20,000 nt of DNA, from IMG/VR virus record IMGVR_UViG_3300012267_000003; one strand, written 5' to 3'. Made by a program: the position numbers and the translations under genes. This DNA comes from an uncultured virus (IMG/VR IMGVR_UViG_3300012267_000003). Its lineage: Duplodnaviria > Heunggongvirae > Uroviricota > Caudoviricetes. This document shows positions 1 to 7,914 of the stretch, in pieces. Numbering within the stretch: position 1 is the stretch's first letter; every line of letters starts with the position of its first letter. The notes beneath the pieces were generated by a model. That model was not told where the DNA came from. It saw nothing but the letters and a program-made list of their open reading frames with translations, and did not search any database.

Positions 1-261
1 CTGGAGAGCAACAACCTATTTCTTGCTCATAAGCATACTCTATCCAATAGGGACATCATAACGGCCATGTATATTCATGATCGGGATGGTAAAAAAGAAA
101 CCCTTCCTACAAACATGTATGTATGTTTGCAAAAAATAGGGTCGGCTAAGAAGTACGGGTCTCTACGGCGCTTTTTAGTGGCTTGTTCAAAACAGATGGG
201 TAAAAAACTATCACGTGGAGAAGCTGTTATATTGCTCGAAAGAGCAAAAATACTCAATTAA
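1..261 (+). CDS. 5'-truncated gene (C-terminal fragment), function unknown; by position possibly the prohead protease or another head gene
   Basis: Frame 1 is open from base 1 (LESNNLFLAHKHTLSNRDIITAMYIHD...) to TAA at 259-261, so the 64-aa ORF-track entry is probably only the tail of a longer gene. It lies directly upstream of the scaffold. Confidence 0.55.
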   Translation: MESNNLFLAHKHTLSNRDIITAMYIHDRDGKKETLPTNMYVCLQKIGSAKKYGSLRRFLVACSKQMGKKLSRGEAVILLERAKILN

Positions 262-455
262 TATGCCCTTTTCTTTAATAATGCACTTATAGAGGGGGTG
301 TATTAGCACGTCTGTACAGGGGTGTGTTTCATCTCATTATGATGGAGCCCATCTGACTGCAATTTATGTCTTCACAGAGACATGTGTAAGACAGTTTAGA
401 AAGATAAGAAGATATCGCAAACCGGCACCGGAAAAGTTTACTGGAGGTTCCATCA

Positions 456-1472
456 ATGAGTAGAAGAAAGCGTCTATCTTGGAAGACCAAAGAATCCAAG
501 CGCCGTAACCGCAAAACGGCTGACCCCTATACAATGAATCAGGATCGAACTCATGTACCCGTTGAGGAGTATATGGTAGGAGATCCTTCCGAATGGGCTG
601 AAGATCCCGTTGATGATCTGTCCCACATGGACGGTACTGACCGGAATGAGATCGGAATGCCCGAAATGTTGCCCGAGAATCGTAGTGCTCGTTCTGTCCG
701 TGAGGCCAGAATGCAGATTGCGAAAATGGAGCAGCATTTCGAGAAAAAGGCTCTTCAATGTGTCCGCATCGCAGAAGCACTTCTTCCCGGTGCAGGCGAA
801 GATGTTATCGCGGCACAAGCTCTCGATCTAATGCCCCTTCCCGATGAGTCTGTAATGGACACATCGATCCGCCTTACAGATCTTGGTGTTCTTGCCTCGG
901 AAGAGGAAGAAGAGGAAGAGGAAGAGGAGAAAGAGGCTTCCAAACTAAGCTCCGCTGAAATGCTTCGAATTATGAAAGCAGAAGAAGGCGAAGAGGAAGA
1001 GGAAGATGAAGCCAAAGAAGATGGCGACGACGAAGACGATGAAGACGACGAAGATGAAGCCAAAGAAGCTGGCGACGACGACGCCGATGAAGATGGCGAC
1101 GATGCCAAAGAGGAAGATGGCGAAGAAAGCGACAAAGAAGCCAGTGCATATCTGGACGAAGATCTTGACGCTATGCTCGCTGATATGGAAACCGATATGG
1201 GTGGCGACATGGGTACCGCAGAATTGGGTATCGATATGGAGCCCCAGCTCGATCTCCTAGACCACGAAGCGCTTCTGGAAGAGAGCGATGATGCATTGCA
1301 ATCTCTTATGAACCAGAACTACGGGGTTGAAGCTACACAGAATAGCCGACAGGCTAACATTCGCAAAAAAGTCAATCAACTTGGGCGGGTGAAAGAAGCA
1401 GGTTCCACAGCTACAGATCCACTTTCAGGTCTGTGGGACAGTGCTCCCGACGTTTCCAACGTCTTTTCGTAA
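456..1472 (+). CDS. Putative capsid scaffolding protein (highly acidic, low complexity)
   Basis: SD GGAGG at 443-447. The 338-aa protein has a helical segment, long E/D tracts and a short hydrophobic C-terminal peptide (LSGLWDSAPDVSNVFS). It sits just upstream of the decoration and MCP genes, the usual scaffold position. Confidence 0.7.
   Translation: MSRRKRLSWKTKESKRRNRKTADPYTMNQDRTHVPVEEYMVGDPSEWAEDPVDDLSHMDGTDRNEIGMPEMLPENRSARSVREARMQIAKMEQHFEKKALQCVRIAEALLPGAGEDVIAAQALDLMPLPDESVMDTSIRLTDLGVLASEEEEEEEEEEKEASKLSSAEMLRIMKAEEGEEEEEDEAKEDGDDEDDEDDEDEAKEAGDDDADEDGDDAKEEDGEESDKEASAYLDEDLDAMLADMETDMGGDMGTAELGIDMEPQLDLLDHEALLEESDDALQSLMNQNYGVEATQNSRQANIRKKVNQLGRVKEAGSTATDPLSGLWDSAPDVSNVFS
899..1143 (+). 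repeat. GAA/GAG/GAC low-complexity repeat encoding E/D tracts, with a 48-nt-period direct repeat
   Basis: GAAGATGAAGCCAAAGAAG occurs at 1002-1020 and 1050-1068; after one mismatched base both continue TGGCGACGACGA. Encodes EDEAKEDGDD / EDEAKEAGDD. Confidence 0.85.
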
Positions 1473-1479
1473 GATGGAC

Positions 1480-1500
1480 GGGGCCTCTTTTGGAGGCCCC
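1480..1500 (+). other. GC-rich stem-loop after the scaffold gene, without a U-tract
   Basis: GGGGCCTC (1480-1487) pairs with GAGGCCCC (1493-1500) and is followed only by TT. Confidence 0.7.
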
Positions 1501-1573
1501 TTGGAGACGACTCCGCTTTCACTTATTTGAAGTTCGTCGTCAATCAATCAAGCAAACTCTTTAGGAGGCTATA

Positions 1574-2170
1574 ATGGCTCTTCCCGGACAAGCAAGCGGT
1601 GATTTCACCGAAAGCTCCTCTGCGCTACGGATCATGTATGTAGGGATCCGAAACACAGCAGGTGCTAAACTCACAACGGATGCATTCGTCCAAACGAATC
1701 CACCCGCTCTACCCACAACTAATGTAACGGAAACCCTTCCATCCGCTCCCAAACGTGGAGTTCTAGGTGGGTCCGTATGTTTCACTCGTCCCGACGCTGG
1801 TAACGGTATGGTCGGAGGCCCCGCCGATGCCCGCACTGGAATCGTTCCCCTTGGTGTCTTCATCAATGACGCCGCAGGTAATGCGTATGAAAATACGCCC
1901 GGTCCTGCTTCCGGACAAGGCCCGTACATGTCTGGTCAGGGAACCTACGGCAACCGTCTCTATGAGACAAGCATTCTTGCTGGAACAGGCGCAGGTGATG
2001 CTCTCACTTATGCGGTTGGTGATTCCCTGTATGCCAGTGTCAATGGCTACCTAACCAATCTTGTAGATAGCGACAACACAGTTGGTGGAGCAGACGCAAT
2101 TGTTATCGGTGTCCTCAAGATCGCGCCGGATTCCGTTCACGCTGAGATGGTCTACGACCAGCGCATCTAA
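1574..2170 (+). CDS. Putative head decoration/cement protein
   Basis: SD AGGAGG at 1563-1568. 198 aa, rich in Gly/Ala/Thr, with beta-like patterns (PLGVFINDAAG, YAVGDSLYASVNGYLTN, VIGVLKIAP). Located between scaffold and MCP. Confidence 0.6.
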   Translation: MALPGQASGDFTESSSALRIMYVGIRNTAGAKLTTDAFVQTNPPALPTTNVTETLPSAPKRGVLGGSVCFTRPDAGNGMVGGPADARTGIVPLGVFINDAAGNAYENTPGPASGQGPYMSGQGTYGNRLYETSILAGTGAGDALTYAVGDSLYASVNGYLTNLVDSDNTVGGADAIVIGVLKIAPDSVHAEMVYDQRI

Positions 2171-2193
2171 GTGCCAACCAAAGGAGACTGAAT

Positions 2194-3081
2194 ATGTCTG
2201 ACCAAACAACCCAGCTAGACAACGCGGCAAAGCAAGAGCTTATCAGCCGTCACATCACGAGCGCCGCAGGGCGAGCGAGATTGGCAGCTTCGATGACTCA
2301 ACCGCTTCGATCCCGCAGAGATTATTCTGCTGTAGGACGCCGTACCTTCCTCGTAGAGCAGCTTCCTGACGGAGCGCTGCCCGTGTACGACAAAGATCCC
2401 GACGTCACCGCCTATGTGGTTGGTGAAGAGGGTGAAAATATCCTTGCCGTGCAGAAGCCAAAGCGTGTGATCTTCCCCTTGTTCGAGATTGCCTCGAACC
2501 CGGAGATCCCGATCACTCAGATCAAAGAGCGTCGTTTCGACCTCATTGCTCGATCGCAGCAGCTTGCGCAGGCAGCCATTCAAGCCGCCGAAGATGAACG
2601 TGTCTTTGCCGTACTTGATTCGATTGCGACAAACGGATTCGATTCCGTTCCCGGTAGCGTCAACCCTGATCTTCAGGTAGTTGCCCCCATTTCCTCGGCT
2701 GTACTTGCCGATGCGTTTGCTGAGATCGAACGACACGACCTTCGTGTTGCTCGTATCTACATGAACTCTAAAGATTACGCGGACATTCGTAAGTTTGGCC
2801 GTGAAATCTTGGATGTGAACAGCCAAGCCGAATTGCTGAAAACTGGTCTGCAATCCACCCTTTGGGGTGCTCAGATCATCACCAGCCGTTTGGTTCCCGC
2901 CGGATTCGTCTACGTATGTGGCGAGCCCGAGATGTTTGGACGTATCCCCGTCCGAACTGAGTTGACCGTTCTTAGCGCGGACAATCCGCGAGCTAGAATG
3001 ATAGGTTTTTCCTGCTTCGAAAACTTAGGTATCGGAGCGTTTAATCCTCGTGCCCTTGTCCGACTTGTCGTACAGCGATAA
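2194..3081 (+). CDS. Major capsid protein, HK97 fold
   Basis: SD AAGGAG at 2181-2186. 295 aa with HK97/encapsulin-like features: E-loop AYVVGEEG, spine helix AQAAIQAAEDERVFAVLD, A-domain IYMNSKDYADI, LWGAQIITSRLVPAG, and C-terminal GIGAFNPRALVRL. Followed by a strong terminator. Confidence 0.9.
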   Translation: MSDQTTQLDNAAKQELISRHITSAAGRARLAASMTQPLRSRRDYSAVGRRTFLVEQLPDGALPVYDKDPDVTAYVVGEEGENILAVQKPKRVIFPLFEIASNPEIPITQIKERRFDLIARSQQLAQAAIQAAEDERVFAVLDSIATNGFDSVPGSVNPDLQVVAPISSAVLADAFAEIERHDLRVARIYMNSKDYADIRKFGREILDVNSQAELLKTGLQSTLWGAQIITSRLVPAGFVYVCGEPEMFGRIPVRTELTVLSADNPRARMIGFSCFENLGIGAFNPRALVRLVVQR

Positions 3082-3113
3082 GCATAAACCCTTGAAATAA
3101 CAGGGTTTTATTG

Positions 3114-3144
3114 ACCCCCGGTTCGCAAGAGCCGGGGGTTTTTT
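3114..3144 (+). terminator. Intrinsic (rho-independent) terminator after MCP
   Basis: CCCCCGGTTC-GCAA-GAGCCGGGGG followed by TTTTTT. A second hairpin, AAACCCT/AGGGTTT (3086-3108), lies just upstream. Confidence 0.9.
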
Positions 3145-3245
3145 AATGGCCGGAGTTGCTCTGTGGTGGGTGTAGTGGTATGGTTGTGGGTAACATGACC
3201 AAAGAATCTAGGTTGTAATATAACGTGATGGTGTAGAGGGAAATT

Positions 3246-3884
3246 ATGAGTCAAACAGAAGATATGAGTAGGATGGATGAGTCTTTCGCCCGCAAGGTAT
3301 TACACGCCGAAGAAGTCGCACGGACCATCTATGATAAAGACGTAGACGCCCCTGCTTACATCATCGGAGAAGAGGGCCAGAGGATATTACAGGTGAATAC
3401 GGGTGGCAAGGTGATAGTGCCAACTTTCCCCTATAAGTCGAGCCCACGGGTTTTTGGACCTACGAAGGCCACCAAGGATCGAATCCGTCAGGAAGAGGAA
3501 TTGGTTATGCGTCTAGTCTTTTCGGCATCTGATACGACGGCACACGGTCGGCTATCTGGAGAACTACTTATGTCTGCCCGCAAAGAGGTAGAGGCTTTCG
3601 ATCTGGAGGCGAAGACGCTGGTCATTTCTCCAGACGATATGCCGCAGTTCGAGTCTGAGCTGTCTATGTCTTTTACCGAGGATGATACCTACTCATTGGT
3701 AGAGGCTACGGGACAGGTCTTGGGTCTGGACGTGTATGCACACCCCAGATGTCCACAAGGACATGCCTACCTGCTACAAGAAGCGCTGTATCTGGGCAGG
3801 GTATGCCTCTCGCAAGACAAGCCTCATAAATGTGGAATGGCAATATTCAATCCACGACCCGTTGTGCATCTCTCATTTGAGTGA
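3246..3884 (+). CDS. Divergent, shortened MCP paralog 1
   Basis: IYDKDVDAPAYIIGEEGQRILQV aligns with MCP VYDKDPDVTAYVVGEEGENILAV; the C-terminus GMAIFNPRPVVHL aligns with GIGAFNPRALVRL. Confidence 0.85.
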   Translation: MSQTEDMSRMDESFARKVLHAEEVARTIYDKDVDAPAYIIGEEGQRILQVNTGGKVIVPTFPYKSSPRVFGPTKATKDRIRQEEELVMRLVFSASDTTAHGRLSGELLMSARKEVEAFDLEAKTLVISPDDMPQFESELSMSFTEDDTYSLVEATGQVLGLDVYAHPRCPQGHAYLLQEALYLGRVCLSQDKPHKCGMAIFNPRPVVHLSFE

Positions 3885-4612
3885 TACATGAAGATCTGGA
3901 AATGCGTAGTACGAATACGAGAAGAGGTGTAGTAGTGGGTCTGAACTTTGGAAAGCTATCAGATGTTATGGGTTCGTTGGAGTCCAGTACGGGTAAATTG
4001 GTGGTGTTATCCTGTTTATGTACGGGGTGGACTCTACTTTTGTTGGACCCCCCAGAAACCTATGTGTTTTGGCTATCTACAATAACCTTTTTACTATCTT
4101 ATTGGATAGCCTTCGGGGTTGTTTTTAAGCGCCCAGTTCTGAGACTAATTTGGAAGCTGAAACCACAGGTGCGTAATTTTCAAGATGTGTTGCGACTACT
4201 ACCCGAAGACATGCGATGTTTTTTACTGTATTGTGTGTGTTTAGGTACTCCCCATTTTAAAAAGTTTTGGGGTTCTGGGCAACCTGTTCCTCCTGTTCTA
4301 GGCAAACTGGTCCGCCGGGATATGGTTTTAGTTCACCCCGATTCCGATAACTCGTATTATACGATTGATGGAGATTTTTGGGAATTTATTCGGAGTCATG
4401 AAGATGCGCTGTTTAATATCCCACCATTAGCTGGGGATATTTTTGATGCGTATTCTTTTGTGTCGGATTACAGAGACTACCTTGGATCTTGGTCCGAGCC
4501 CTATACGCCTTTTCCACATCCATTGCTGAGCTATATTAAAACGGAACCCACCACAGGATCCCCATCCAACAAACCCAGCCCCCACGACCTACCACAAAGC
4601 TCTTCCTATTGA
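3881..4612 (+). CDS. Membrane protein, superinfection-exclusion SieB-like (start uncertain: GTG 3881, ATG 3902 or ATG 3968)
   Basis: Two hydrophobic segments (LVVLSCLCTGWTLLLL; YVFWLSTITFLLSYWIAFGVVF) are followed by a basic stretch and a soluble domain (LRLLPEDMRCFLL...PVLGKLVRRDMV...YTIDGDFWEFI) that resembles SieB-family architecture by eye. Confidence 0.5.
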   Translation: MIHEDLEMRSTNTRRGVVVGLNFGKLSDVMGSLESSTGKLVVLSCLCTGWTLLLLDPPETYVFWLSTITFLLSYWIAFGVVFKRPVLRLIWKLKPQVRNFQDVLRLLPEDMRCFLLYCVCLGTPHFKKFWGSGQPVPPVLGKLVRRDMVLVHPDSDNSYYTIDGDFWEFIRSHEDALFNIPPLAGDIFDAYSFVSDYRDYLGSWSEPYTPFPHPLLSYIKTEPTTGSPSNKPSPHDLPQSSSY

Positions 4613-4666
4613 CGAGTATGCACTGGTATGGTAATGAGAATTATTCTACATCAGCCAAGGAAAAAT

Positions 4667-5278
4667 ATGTATGAAGATATGACAGGGATGGATCAGTCGT
4701 TTGCTCATACTGTACTGGAAGTAGACCAACTTTGGTATGCTTCTAGTATATATGACAAGGATGAGGATGCTCCCGCTTGTATTATAGGAAGGGAAGGGGA
4801 TCAGATTTTACGAGTAGACAAAGGTCGTAGGGTTATAGTACCTAGTTTCCCCTACAAGTCGAGTCCTCTAGAGATCAAAAATCGTATTCGACAGGAAGAA
4901 GAGCTTGTTATATCTCTTTTAGACGCGATAACTTGGGACGCCGCGTTACCTCGTAGGGAGGGCAAACTGTCACAAGAGTTGCTGGTTTCAGCTCTTACTG
5001 ATATCGAGTCTTTGGATTTGAGGGCTTCCACGTTAATTATTTCTCCGGATGACGTACCTCTTTATGCGTCGGAACTATCCGTAGGGTTTCCCGAGTTCCG
5101 AGATACTTTTACGACTGAGGAGTTACGGGATAACCCTGATATGGTGATGAGCGCTTCCAATAGAGCCCATATTACCGTCATTGATGAGGAGGGTAATATT
5201 CGTATGTCTATAGGCTCTATCCCCTCCACCAATAAAGTACAACACCACCGATGGCCGGATTCTCACCCTAAAAAGTAA
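4667..5278 (+). CDS. Divergent MCP paralog 2 with a replaced C-terminus
   Basis: Start placed at ATG 4667 (SD AAGGA at 4657-4661; MYEDMTGMDQSFA aligns with paralog 1 TEDMSRMDESFA). Shares IYDKD.DAPA.IIG.EG, FPYKSSP, RIRQEEELV and TL.ISPDD with paralog 1; similarity ends after ELSVGF. Confidence 0.8.
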   Translation: MYEDMTGMDQSFAHTVLEVDQLWYASSIYDKDEDAPACIIGREGDQILRVDKGRRVIVPSFPYKSSPLEIKNRIRQEEELVISLLDAITWDAALPRREGKLSQELLVSALTDIESLDLRASTLIISPDDVPLYASELSVGFPEFRDTFTTEELRDNPDMVMSASNRAHITVIDEEGNIRMSIGSIPSTNKVQHHRWPDSHPKK

Positions 5279-5334
5279 AGAATGGTTATCCTTTTGTATT
5301 TACCTTTGGTTGGAATATACCAAAGGAATTTAAC

Positions 5335-5838
5335 ATGAAGAAAACTTCCGCAATCCTGTCCTCTCTCAGAGCATTGCCCCAGCGGGGGTCCGTGGTAGAG
5401 TCCGTCCGCTTAAATAGTGAGGCGATGATGGTACGTTTTGACGATGGTACTGGCATTTCTATGCCCATAACAGATTTTGAGGGGATCAGAGACGATGAGC
5501 ATCTGGAAAATGCCATCTCTTGGTGTGAGACACTTTTCAATATGAAAAGGGCGCACGGGGTCGGAGGAGTTTTCCGCCGGGAAGAGTTAGAAATTCTAGT
5601 AGAGAAGGTGGTAGAAGATCCGCTTATTGCAGATGCAGATAATCTTCGAGAACTTATTTTTCGTGCGACGATGCCGGACGAGGCTTTTACGGTAGGGGAG
5701 ACGAAGACTACCTATAATAGTCCCGGTAGTCAGCCTCTATTACAAGAGCTACATTCGCAGTCGTTTTCAGATAAGATCTCTTCTGTGGCCCGGAAAGTAG
5801 CTTCCCGCTACATGGACCTTCTAAATTCTCACAAATAA
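5335..5838 (+). CDS. Hypothetical protein (putative head-associated), C-terminal VARKVASRY tag
   Basis: SD AAAGGA at 5322-5327; 167-aa ORF; carries a short motif shared with other genes in the window. Confidence 0.75.
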   Translation: MKKTSAILSSLRALPQRGSVVESVRLNSEAMMVRFDDGTGISMPITDFEGIRDDEHLENAISWCETLFNMKRAHGVGGVFRREELEILVEKVVEDPLIADADNLRELIFRATMPDEAFTVGETKTTYNSPGSQPLLQELHSQSFSDKISSVARKVASRYMDLLNSHK

Positions 5839-5863
5839 TTGAACATATAGCCCGGTCTTATTC

Positions 5864-6064
5864 ATGCCTAAAATTGATTTCAATGCTCTGAATCTCAAAA
5901 TCAGTCCCTTACAAGGGGGGAGTCTTATTGAGGTAGGAGCCTTTAATAATAACGATCTGGCCAATTTTCAGACGATAGAAAATAATGACCGACAAGTACA
6001 ATCAGCGCCGCTAGACGGTGCCAACCCATCTGTTGGTACTTCAGAAGCAACCGAGGACGTATAA
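5864..6064 (+). CDS. Small hypothetical protein
   Basis: 66-aa ORF filling the gap between genes; TAATG overlap with the next gene suggests translational coupling. Confidence 0.6.
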   Translation: MPKIDFNALNLKISPLQGGSLIEVGAFNNNDLANFQTIENNDRQVQSAPLDGANPSVGTSEATEDV

Positions 6065-7104
6065 TGAGATATTCAGCAATTTGGACATCGAAGGGTCGAC
6101 AGACTATTTCAATTCACGAAGATACCGTAGAGAAATTAAGAGATGATTTAAGATCATCTTTGGCTGCATCGAGTTTTGTTGTTTCTGACATAGCAAAATA
6201 TTCTGGTAGTGACCCGGACAGCGATGGGTACGCTTTTATTGTCAAAAATGGGGCGAGGGAATGGCTTATTATGACCCCCCATAGCACTGACCCTAATAAC
6301 TATATAGGGCGTATATTCACTGGTTCCACAAATTCTGGGAATGTAGATGACTATTTCAAAAATTATGATGCCTCTTCTGCGAGTTGGTCTGAAGAGTCTA
6401 AGGTGTTGGTTCATTATAATTGCGGAAATGAAAGCTATGGGATGGGGTTTGACGATGCCACTGCTTTGACCTACACGGGTGGCGATTTTTCTGCCCCTCT
6501 ACACAACCCAGCATCCGCAGCTTATACAGATTTCATGCCCGCTACAGAATGCCTACCGGGATATTACATGGATATCACATGGGACCGGTTCGATCGAATT
6601 CTCTTTGTGTTTGACGAGGACTCACCCAGCTTGGCTGTGTATTTAACCGATGGTTATGGTTTTGCAGCTTGCGGTCTTATGATGTTGGGGTCTATGACTG
6701 TTAATACAGATGGTGCGGATACAAATACAGAGGCAACTCTATGTTTAGAGCTTGATTATGATGGTAGTCTTAAATGGGGTAGCATAGAGGCTGATCAAGC
6801 ATACGCTTACAACTTGACCGGCGATGTGGAGCTTTTTGATTTATCATATACACAGGATCATTACACTTATGAGAATTCTCTTAATACATCTGGTGAGTAC
6901 AAGTGGAAATCTATAACACTGGCAAGCGTAAGTTATGAAAAAGGAATTCTAGATACTAACTTAGTCAGACAATACGGTGCTTTTGCAAATTCGGCTCAGT
7001 ATGGGAAAATAGTCAGTGGTCCCAATGGTCCGTTCTTAAAAACTACTTACAGTCTAGGGTTTCCGTACACTTTAAATACAGAGCGGTTTCCGTGGCCTGA
7101 ATGA
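6064..7104 (+). CDS. Hypothetical protein, probably a virion structural or receptor-binding-type beta protein
   Basis: 346-aa ORF rich in Ser/Thr/Gly/Asp/Tyr and aromatic residues, located in a structural module; no family recognised. Confidence 0.65.
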   Translation: MRYSAIWTSKGRQTISIHEDTVEKLRDDLRSSLAASSFVVSDIAKYSGSDPDSDGYAFIVKNGAREWLIMTPHSTDPNNYIGRIFTGSTNSGNVDDYFKNYDASSASWSEESKVLVHYNCGNESYGMGFDDATALTYTGGDFSAPLHNPASAAYTDFMPATECLPGYYMDITWDRFDRILFVFDEDSPSLAVYLTDGYGFAACGLMMLGSMTVNTDGADTNTEATLCLELDYDGSLKWGSIEADQAYAYNLTGDVELFDLSYTQDHYTYENSLNTSGEYKWKSITLASVSYEKGILDTNLVRQYGAFANSAQYGKIVSGPNGPFLKTTYSLGFPYTLNTERFPWPE

Positions 7105-7155
7105 GTTTGAAGTCTAAGATATCGTTTTACTGCATACAGAAAAAGGAGTAGTACT

Positions 7156-7587
7156 ATGGGCAAATATAAACAGAGCAGGTTAGTAGAGAATCTTATTCGG
7201 ATCGGGGCGGATATTCCAAATTTGCAAGAGCACTTACGCCCTGTTTTGGATCATCTCAAGACGGCTTCTCAAAAGTTAGACTCTAGTGAGCGGAGAAGTG
7301 CGAATGCTGCTCTCCAAAGAGCAGGCTTTGACGGTAATGGTCGGTACCGTTCTGTAGGCACTGCCATCACAAAAGCCTTTCGAGTGTTAGAGGACTTTGG
7401 CATAGAGCCTGACGAGGTGTTTTCAGCTTTTGCCTATCAGAAGCCCGAAGGCACGGTCCCAATGAGTATTGCTTTTTCAAACCCGTCAGATCCGTTTAGC
7501 CCGGAGGCTATCTCCAACTCGGTCCTTCACTTTAGCTGGACCGAGCTAAGGCCCGACCACTTTGAAGTGGTCGCTTACCTCTCCTAA
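7156..7587 (+). CDS. Hypothetical protein with the shared N-terminal tag (putative internal head protein)
   Basis: SD AAGGAG at about 7143-7148; N-terminus contains LIRIGADIPNLQEHLRPVLDHLKTAS. Confidence 0.8.
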   Translation: MGKYKQSRLVENLIRIGADIPNLQEHLRPVLDHLKTASQKLDSSERRSANAALQRAGFDGNGRYRSVGTAITKAFRVLEDFGIEPDEVFSAFAYQKPEGTVPMSIAFSNPSDPFSPEAISNSVLHFSWTELRPDHFEVVAYLS

Positions 7588-7877
7588 GACCGGGTAGGGG
7601 CTAGTAGTTCATAGAGGTCGGGAGTCTGGTCCAAGGCTTCCTCGCAGATCTCAGACCCATCAAATGACAGCTCTTCCCAGTCCCCCGATGCTTCGATTTC
7701 CTCGACGTTTCCGAAACTGTCAGCCTCCGAGATATCATTGCAGAGGTCAAGAGCGTTTCCGTATTCATGGCATCGGTCATAATGTGCAAATTGCCGCTCG
7801 GGATTGTTGTAGTCAAATGCGGAGACGAAATGCATCCCCTCGTCGTCGGTAGAAATTTCGTAGGCTATAAAATTCAT
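7584..7877 (-). CDS. Small, very acidic protein (97 aa); DNA-mimic/anti-defence candidate
   Basis: Start reassigned to ATG at 7877 (upstream AAGGATGGTACCTA-ATG), which removes the overlap with the gene at 7915-8346. Hand count: 25 D/E, 3 R, 0 K. Confidence 0.75.
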   Translation of the reverse strand: MNFIAYEISTDDEGMHFVSAFDYNNPERQFAHYDRCHEYGNALDLCNDISEADSFGNVEEIEASGDWEELSFDGSEICEEALDQTPDLYELLAPTRS

Positions 7878-7914
7878 TAGGTACCATCCTTGGTAAAGCA
7901 TTAAGGGGGATTTT

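Noticed and set aside
755..1260. Poly-Ser (minus strand) and K/T/M-rich (plus strand) ORFs
   Set aside because: These are shadow frames of the scaffold's GAA/GAC repeats.
2215..2853. Long minus-strand ORFs opposite the MCP and other structural genes (also 1561-1929, 8510-9148, 12640-13116)
   Set aside because: They lie antisense to well-supported genes and show no recognisable motifs; this is expected from codon bias.
2990..3030. Rare-codon patch and GGTTTTT near the MCP 3' end as a programmed frameshift site
   Set aside because: It is not an in-frame X XXY YYZ heptamer, and no extended alternative-frame ORF is evident before the terminator.
2194..3081. Encapsulin nanocompartment rather than phage capsid
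   Set aside because: The short HK97 fold resembles encapsulins, but the scaffold, decoration and neck-like neighbours and the phage-like gene packing indicate a virion head module. No typical encapsulin cargo enzyme is present.
4609..4641. Possible sigma70 promoter (TTGACG) before MCP paralog 2
   Set aside because: There is no good -10 hexamer at 16-18 bp spacing.
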